A stretch of DNA of 64,000 nt, from the NCBI GenBank assembly GCA_964187785.1, contig OZ076409.1:66590001-66654000 (forward strand). Reading direction: 5' to 3'. The notes beneath the pieces are model-generated. The model made no database searches. It had not been told where the DNA came from and saw only the letters and a list, made by a program, of their open reading frames with translations. Shown here piece after piece: positions 58,057 through 64,000 of this stretch. Position 1 is the first letter of the stretch. Each line of letters begins with the position of its first letter. Source of the DNA: Amphiscolops sp. MND2022 (taxonomy: Eukaryota). A program made the translations under genes and the position numbers.

Positions 58057-61000
58057 CTTCGCCACGACTCCAATATAACGAACTAATATCTGTCCGACAA
58101 TACATCAGATCGGACCCTCCAACGCAAACTTTCCACCAATACAATCAGCAATTGATGGGCTATCCCTCTGTTGTCTGGCAGCAACAGATGGAAAAAGCTA
58201 CCATCATCACCTACAATAACACCCATTTATTCCAGAAACCAATTCCTGTTTGGGACCCTGATTACACCACTACCTTCACCACCCGCTTCAGGCCCATTCC
58301 CCTAATCGATGATTACAATCCGACATACATCGATCCAGACTACGGCAGAGATCCCTACTGGGACACCGAGCTTTACAACCAAGATTTACTGCAATTTCAA
58401 TATGTTCTGGACGATATTGAACATTATAATAGAACAGCCCACGAGAACCCTCCAATTACCCATAACAAGAAAACAAGAGCGCTAATTGAAAACTGGCAAA
58501 TGAATGATGGCACAAACCATCCAGTGTTCCCAAACCCATTGGGGACTGAGACCCATGACAGCAACGTTGAACCCATACCACAATCATTGCTAGACGAAAA
58601 ACAGTTCCAAAATGTCTTAATCACCAGAGACGGTGAACCAGACTGTATACCCCTGTCAACCAACATCAACCTCAAATGCAAAAAACGCATGTTGTATTTC
58701 CCAATGGACTTTGGGGAATTGACCATAGATGGACTTATTGACACTGGAGCGCTGTCCAGTGCAATTCCTGAAATGGACCTCCGGAAAATTCGACTTTTAT
58801 CTCCACAATCCGTTATCCGGGAAGGTCCGCCTCCGAATTTCCAAATCATGGTCGCTAATGGGCAACTGGAAACTCCTAAGAGTACCATCGAGCTCAAATT
58901 CGAAGTTGGTGACATTGAGTTCCATGAAATCTTCATAGTGATGGAACATCTGACGGGACCGATCATTGGACTAATGTTCCTTCAACGAAATCATACAGTA
59001 CTGGACATGAGACAAGGAATTTTGAATTTCCCGTTCTTTTCAATGCAGCTCAAAACAGCTGACCATAAGTACTCAAACGTACTTGAACCAATCCTCAACC
59101 CTGCTGAAATAACCATTCCGCCAAATGACAGAGTCCTAATCCGGACTAATTCCTTACTATACCCTGAAAATGCTGTCACTGGGATTTTGCAACCGAGCGA
59201 CCTCCTACATGAAGAAGGCGACATCACATTCTGCCCAGCCTTGGTCACTCTGAATGACGGCAATATATCGATACCAGTGAGCAACTTCACAGACCACCCT
59301 TATAAACTCAAAAAGGGACTACATATTGCCAATTTCTCTGTCATGACGCCAGAACAGATGAAGTATGTCAAACCGGTAGACCCGGCATCAACCTGGCACC
59401 TTTTGCAGAATGACCAGGAGCAAGTAGCCCATTATGTCAGCAGTCTCATCAAAACCAATAGAAATCCACAAAACTCCGAAAATTATTGGTTCCCAACTCC
59501 AGAAAACCCTGGAAATCCTGAGGAACACACACCTATACAAAAACGAATCCTACGCGAGTTACAGGCCTTACAGGACCTGGAGACACTCGACCCCACCACA
59601 GATGCAGAATCGCGTGCAAAATTCTTAGAAAACTTTGACTGGAAAGATTCCACCCTTACTCCTGAAGAGAAGGAGAAAATTGAGGAATTGTTAGTGGAAT
59701 TCCATGACATCTTTGCACGACACCGATTTGATATAGGCATGAACGAGGAATTCAAAGTGAAACTGACACCTAAGGACGATTCCCCAGCCTATAGACAAGG
59801 CCTTCCAGCTCCTATCAATCTGAAGGAGGACATCCTAGTCGAATTAGCCATGTTACACAAATATGGCATAATAACTACACTGCCATTTTCGAAATACGAG
59901 AGCCCAATATTTGCACAAAAGAAACCGAACGGGAAACTCCGACTCTTGGTTGACTTGAGAAAAATCAACAACCTCATCTCGGATGATTATATCAACAACA
60001 ATCATCCCGTCAGTACACTAGTTGATGCCGCCCAACATTTGGCAGGCAAAAAACTGTTCTGTAAATTAGACTGTTCGCAGGCATACCACTGCCTACCAAT
60101 GGCTGACCAACGTTCAATCGAAATGTTGGCTTTCAATTTTGCCAGTCGCACATTCGCCTACAGACGTTTGGCACAAGGCCTTAGTCGGTCACTATCCGCA
60201 TTCTCGAGTTTCATGAGGGAATACCTCGACAAAGTCATCAAAGCGGATCAGTGTGCCCAGTATGTGGACGATATTGGCATCGCAGCCAATGATGTTGACC
60301 ACCTCATGACGAACCTGAGAGCTACATTCAAATGCATTCAGGAAGCAGGCCTTAAGTTAACAATGCACAAATGTCACTTCGGTGCAAAAGAAATCGATTT
60401 TCTCGGACGGACTATTACCCCACAAGGCGTCAAACCCCAGAAACAGAATGTGCAAAACTTTCTGGAAAAGACTAAATTCCCGAAGTCGAAAAAGGCTTTA
60501 CAGCGCTACTTGGGATTCCTAAACTATTACAGGAATTATGTCCCAAGACTCTCCGAACGCCTTGCTCCATTCTACAAGATGCTCAAAAGTGACGAAAAGG
60601 TCCTAGTATCGAAAGAATTAGTCCAACAATTCGAAGAAATCAATAGAGCACTAGACAAATGTTGCGACCTGGCCCTACAACAACCCATTCCGAACAAACA
60701 AATAGCACTAATGACTGATGCAAGTTTTGGTGCAGCCGGGTACGCGGTCCTAATCGAAGACGACCCAAGCCAGAAATTTACGTCACTCAGAAAATCGTAT
60801 GCACCAGTCGCGTACGGATCAAAAACTTTCACCCCAGCACAGATCAAAATGTCAATTTATGCCAAGGAATTCCTTGCAATTTATTTTGCATTCAAAGAAT
60901 TCGGACATATCTTCTGGGGTGCGCCGAAACCGGTCATCATCCTTACGGACAACAAAGCTGTCACGAGATTTTTCCAAACGAAAATAATACCCCCAGCCCT

Positions 61001-63260
61001 GTGGAACGCGTGTGATTACGTCATTCAATTCAATTTTGTCATACCACACATCCCAGGGGCACAAAATACAGCCGCCGACTATTTGTCCCGATTGGAAGCA
61101 GATCCAAAGGACAAACTGGTGATGAAAATTCGTGAAGACGTACAGACACTACCAATCGAAATCAATGTCCAATCCGCAGGGGTGTCGCAAGAAGAACAAA
61201 TCTTCTACACCGATGACGACGATGAGACAGAAGAACAGTTTTGGGCAAGAAAAGAAGCAATCAGGAAAAATCCAGCAACTGATGAGCCCACTGTTACTAT
61301 ACAAATTCTGTCAACAAATCTGGTCAAGCAACACCCCGATATACAAGTCCGATTGAGGAAAACGAACCAGATCATTATCGAGCAATCCAAAGATGCGGTA
61401 CTACAACAACTGAAAGCAAAACTGCTTCATGAAGAGTATTCAGAAAATCTACTGCACCAGGATGCCCGATATAGACATTACGCAAACAATCTGGAACGAA
61501 TTGTACTAAAGGACGAAATCCTGACAAGGCAATATTTCGATGAAACAGGGAATGTGAAATACAATCAAATTTTACTCCCGCAACATTTACTCCAGGAATT
61601 GCTCCAATCTCTTCACGGGACAGCGCATAAACATCCTGGGATTTCAAAAATGCTGCAGGAAATTCGACAGAGGTATTACTACCCTAGCATGGCTAAACAC
61701 GTCAAAAAGTGGGTAGAAGGGTGCGAACAATGTGCCAGAGACAAAAGAGTCCCTAACGCAACGATCACACCTGAGCTGCTTAACTTGCCCGAATGGGACC
61801 TCGGACCTGAAGACGCCATGCAAATAGACCTATTGCCGAATCTTCCCCCAAGTGGAGGATATGAAAACGTCTTAACAGCAATTGATGTATTCTCCAGATA
61901 TTTGTTCGCCTATCCCCTTACGGACGCATCAGCGATCAATGTAGCAAAAGCGCTCATTGACATTATGACTAAACACTCATATCTACCAACTACTCTTATC
62001 ACTGATAAAGGTACTGCATTTACTTCTACAATTATTGCGGAGGTTACGCAGATTTTGGGCATCACACTCAAATGTGCAACGACAAAACACCCGCAGACAA
62101 TTGGGAAATTGGAGCGAACTCATGCCTCATTGAAAACAAATCTCAAAATGGCATGTGGGGAATATCGCCGACAGTGGCACAAATACTTGCCATTAGCAGT
62201 ACTGAACCATAATACAAGCTATCACGCCAGCATCGGTTGTGAGCCAACGAGAGTATTTCATGGAAGAATTCCATTTAATATTTTGGATCACAAGCTTGGA
62301 AATAATCCAAACGAGCAAATTAACCCCACAACCGAATTTGCTGAAGAGATCCAAAACCGGACAAAAATCCTGATTGACAAAACAAAGCAGAACATTATGC
62401 AGTCGTATATCAAGTACAAAGAATATTACGACCGCAAAGCAAAAGCCGCTCCACTAAAGGAGAACGAATACTGTTTTGTCCTACAGCCGAAAGCGGACAA
62501 TCAGGGATCAAAAATTCCATTCCGCGATTACCGTTGGGTTGGACCATTTGTAGTCCAAAAGGTTTTGCCAAATGAAAACTATATAGTAAGACGGATCAAT
62601 ACGAACAAAACCCAAATTTTGCATCGCATTCGTCCTAAAAAGTTTGTCCCTAATCAGCCTCTTGAGGACAATTTCCAAGAACAACAGTTGCAGCCAGACG
62701 AAGAAATTGTCATTCCGCAAGATGATTTATACGTCATAACGTGGGAAACCGACTTTGGCGAGCAGCTAGTTACACGAGGCAACGAGACTATTCCGACCAG
62801 CATGCCGAATGGCGAACGACCGAATGCGGCAGAAACGAATACAAATGACGTAGCCGAGAATGAAGCGGATTACATAATCACGAGTGACAAAACAAACTAC
62901 GCTGACCACGCGGCGCGGAACCGGAATGAAAGATTAAATCATGACGTCACAAAAAGGAATGAAGCTAGTGAAGCGACTAGCAACAGCAAATCTGATTGGC
63001 CGAATCCGGCCGTTTACCCCAAAGGACGAGAAAAAACTTTACCGAATACGGATAAAAGACCAAAAAATGATGAAATTCTCCCAGAAAGAAATTTGACGAA
63101 TGAAAATGACGCACAAAATTCTCCGAAAAGGGGGGATGATATTATCGTGCCCGAAATATCCGAAAACGATGCTAGAAATGAAAGTCTGAGCCCTAGAGGA
63201 GGGAAATATAATCTCAGGCCTAACCCTAACCCAACATACTCAGAAGACTTTAGATACTAG
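58053..63260 (+). CDS. pol: Pol polyprotein of element B (open frame)
   Basis: Same motifs as the element A Pol and highly similar to it. Entered by a -1 shift at 58047-58053. Confidence 0.93.
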   Translation, partial: LTSPRLQYNELISVRQYIRSDPPTQTFHQYNQQLMGYPSVVWQQQMEKATIITYNNTHLFQKPIPVWDPDYTTTFTTRFRPIPLIDDYNPTYIDPDYGRDPYWDTELYNQDLLQFQYVLDDIEHYNRTAHENPPITHNKKTRALIENWQMNDGTNHPVFPNPLGTETHDSNVEPIPQSLLDEKQFQNVLITRDGEPDCIPLSTNINLKCKKRMLYFPMDFGELTIDGLIDTGALSSAIPEMDLRKIRLLSPQSVIREGPPPNFQIMVANGQLETPKSTIELKFEVGDIEFHEIFIVMEHLTGPIIGLMFLQRNHTVLDMRQGILNFPFFSMQLKTADHKYSNVLEPILNPAEITIPPNDRVLIRTNSLLYPENAVTGILQPSDLLHEEGDITFCPALVTLNDGNISIPVSNFTDHPYKLKKGLHIANFSVMTPEQMKYVKPVDPASTWHLLQNDQEQVAHYVSSLIKTNRNPQNSENYWFPTPENPGNPEEHTPIQKRILRELQALQDLETLDPTTDAESRAKFLENFDWKDSTLTPEEKEKIEELLVEFHDIFARHRFDIGMNEEFKVKLTPKDDSPAYRQGLPAPINLKEDILVELAMLHKYGIITTLPFSKYESPIFAQKKPNGKLRLLVDLRKINNLISDDYINNNHPVSTLVDAAQHLAGKKLFCKLDCSQAYHCLPMADQRSIEMLAFNFASRTFAYRRLAQGLSRSLSAFSSFMREYLDKVIKADQCAQYVDDIGIAANDVDHLMTNLRATFKCIQEAGLKLTMHKCHFGAKEIDFLGRTITPQGVKPQKQNVQNFLEKTKFPKSKKALQRYLGFLNYYRNYVPRLSERLAPFYKMLKSDEKVLVSKELVQQFEEINRALDKCCDLALQQPIPNKQIALMTDASFGAAGYAVLIEDDPSQKFTSLRKSYAPVAYGSKTFTPAQIKMSIYAKEFLAIYFAFKEFGHIFWGAPKPVIILTDNKAVTRFFQTKIIPPALWNACDYVIQFNFVIPHIPGAQNTAADYLSRLEADPKDKLVMKIREDVQTLPIEINVQSAGVSQEEQIFYTDDDDETEEQFWARKEAIRKNPATDEPTVTIQILSTNLVKQHPDIQVRLRKTNQIIIEQSKDAVLQQLKAKLLHEEYSENLLHQDARYRHYANNLERIVLKDEILTRQYFDETGNVKYNQILLPQHLLQELLQSLHGTAHKHPGISKMLQEIRQRYYYPSMAKHVKKWVEGCEQCARDKRVPNATITPELLNLPEWDLGPEDAMQIDLLPNLPPSGGYENVLTAIDVFSRYLFAYPLTDASAINVAKALIDIMTKHSYLPTTLITDKGTAFTSTIIAEVTQILGITLKCATTKHPQTIGKLERTHASLKTNLKMACGEYRRQWHKYLPLAVLNHNTSYHASIGCEPTRVFHGRIPFNILDHKLGNNPNEQINPTTEFAEEIQNRTKILIDKTKQNIMQSYIKYKEYYDRKAKAAPLKENEYCFVLQPKADNQGSKIPFRDYRWVGPFVVQKVLPNENYIVRRINTNKTQILHRIRPKKFVPNQPLEDNFQEQQLQPDEEIVIPQDDLYVITWETDFGEQLVTRGNETIPTSMPNGERPNAAETNTNDVAENEADYIITSDKTNYADHAARNRNERLNHDVTKRNEASEATSNSKSDWPNPAVYPKGREKTLPNTDKRPKNDEILPERNLTNENDAQNSPKRGDDIIVPEISENDARNESLSPRGGKYNLRPNPNPTYSEDFRY

Positions 63261-63503
63261 AAAAGATTGAATTTTGGCCAGGAGACAAGCCTTGGACCTA
63301 TTCCTTTTCTTCTATCATTTCATTTCTTTTATTTTTTCAGTCCCATGCAACATGGTATTTTTTGAATAAATAATGGGACAACCGAAGAACCCCTTTCAGG
63401 TAAATAAATACAGAGGCATTGCAACAAATGGAGATACAAAAGACAACAAAACAGAAAAATAACAAAGTTTACAGTTCATAAGTACATAAATACATATGTA
63501 CAA

Positions 63504-64000
63504 TTAGTCCTTAGAACAACCGGCAGGAGATTCTCTGACGACGGACGAGGCTCTCGAGCGGGATCTGCTCCTCTCCATGCGCTTCCGTTTGCGGTCACCG
63601 GGCGGGACTACTGCAGGCATATCTCCAACGCTGGAAGACGTTGTCTCATCGAGGCCCACTTCACCTAATCCAGAAAGGGCGGAACGATATGACGTAAGAA
63701 GGGACTTGTAAATTCTATTCCTACCAAACTCGTCAACGGAAGTCCAGGGGTCGTATGAGGCAGATGAGACAGTTTGACTGAAGGAGGCAGAAAGCAGAGA
63801 AAACTTAGCCAAACTAGAGTCACTGATACAGAAGGCAGTGGAGTCCGGAACCCCTGACAGATAACTCTGGACGGGTAAAACCACGTCTGTGAGTCTGTTC
63901 TGATGTTTTGTAGTGTTGGCAGTTCCAATACGTACTGTTGGGTATTGAGGACTTTCAGACGTAATGCATAAACAACTCAACTTGAATAGATATAACAGAC
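63504..64000 (-). CDS. 3' end of the antisense cargo gene of element B
   Basis: Aligns to the C-terminus of ORF 27858-28898 (LFKL.CLC, TDV.LPVQSY, YDPW..VD.FGR..IYKSLL). Open to the window edge. Confidence 0.85.
   Translation of the reverse strand, partial: LLYLFKLSCLCITSESPQYPTVRIGTANTTKHQNRLTDVVLPVQSYLSGVPDSTAFCISDSSLAKFSLLSASFSQTVSSASYDPWTSVDEFGRNRIYKSLLTSYRSALSGLGEVGLDETTSSSVGDMPAVVPPGDRKRKRMERSRSRSRASSVVRESPAGCSKD

Larger units (their letters stand above)
55072..64000 (+). mobile_element. Ty3/gypsy element B (sibling of element A), truncated by the window end
   Basis: Starts TGTCGCAGGCTGCCGCC like element A. Has LTR, PBS, gag, slippery site, pol and the antisense cargo gene 3' end in the same layout. 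Confidence 0.95.

Overview
AT-rich eukaryotic (animal-like) genomic DNA dominated by transposons. The main feature is a complete, very young 16.3-kb Ty3/gypsy LTR retrotransposon (element A, 21064-37351, minus strand; 1846-bp LTRs, TATAC target-site duplication). A diverged sibling (element B) starts at 55072 and runs off the window end. Element A has an unusual design: (1) gag starts about 590 nt inside the LTR; (2) pol is reached by a -1 frameshift at AAAAAAC; (3) it carries an antisense, intron-containing gene (7 predicted exons, about 1228 aa) encoding a BED-finger, hAT-transposase-like protein that appears catalytically dead; (4) a sense ORF3 with a SUMO-interaction-like motif ends inside the 3' LTR; (5) there is no polypurine tract at the 3' LTR; (6) GGCC-N6-GGCC motifs recur in its non-coding DNA. 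Element B shares features 1, 2 and 6 and the visible ends of both cargo genes. Host genes are a two-exon STK33-like kinase and a spliced BAHD/transferase-family acyltransferase-like gene, which is unusual in an animal. The rest consists of a decayed LINE, a rearranged gypsy remnant, a solo LTR, Helentron/DINE-1-like elements, Mutator-like and hAT-like non-autonomous elements, hairpins and tandem repeats. All gene models and family assignments were made by eye, with no database search.
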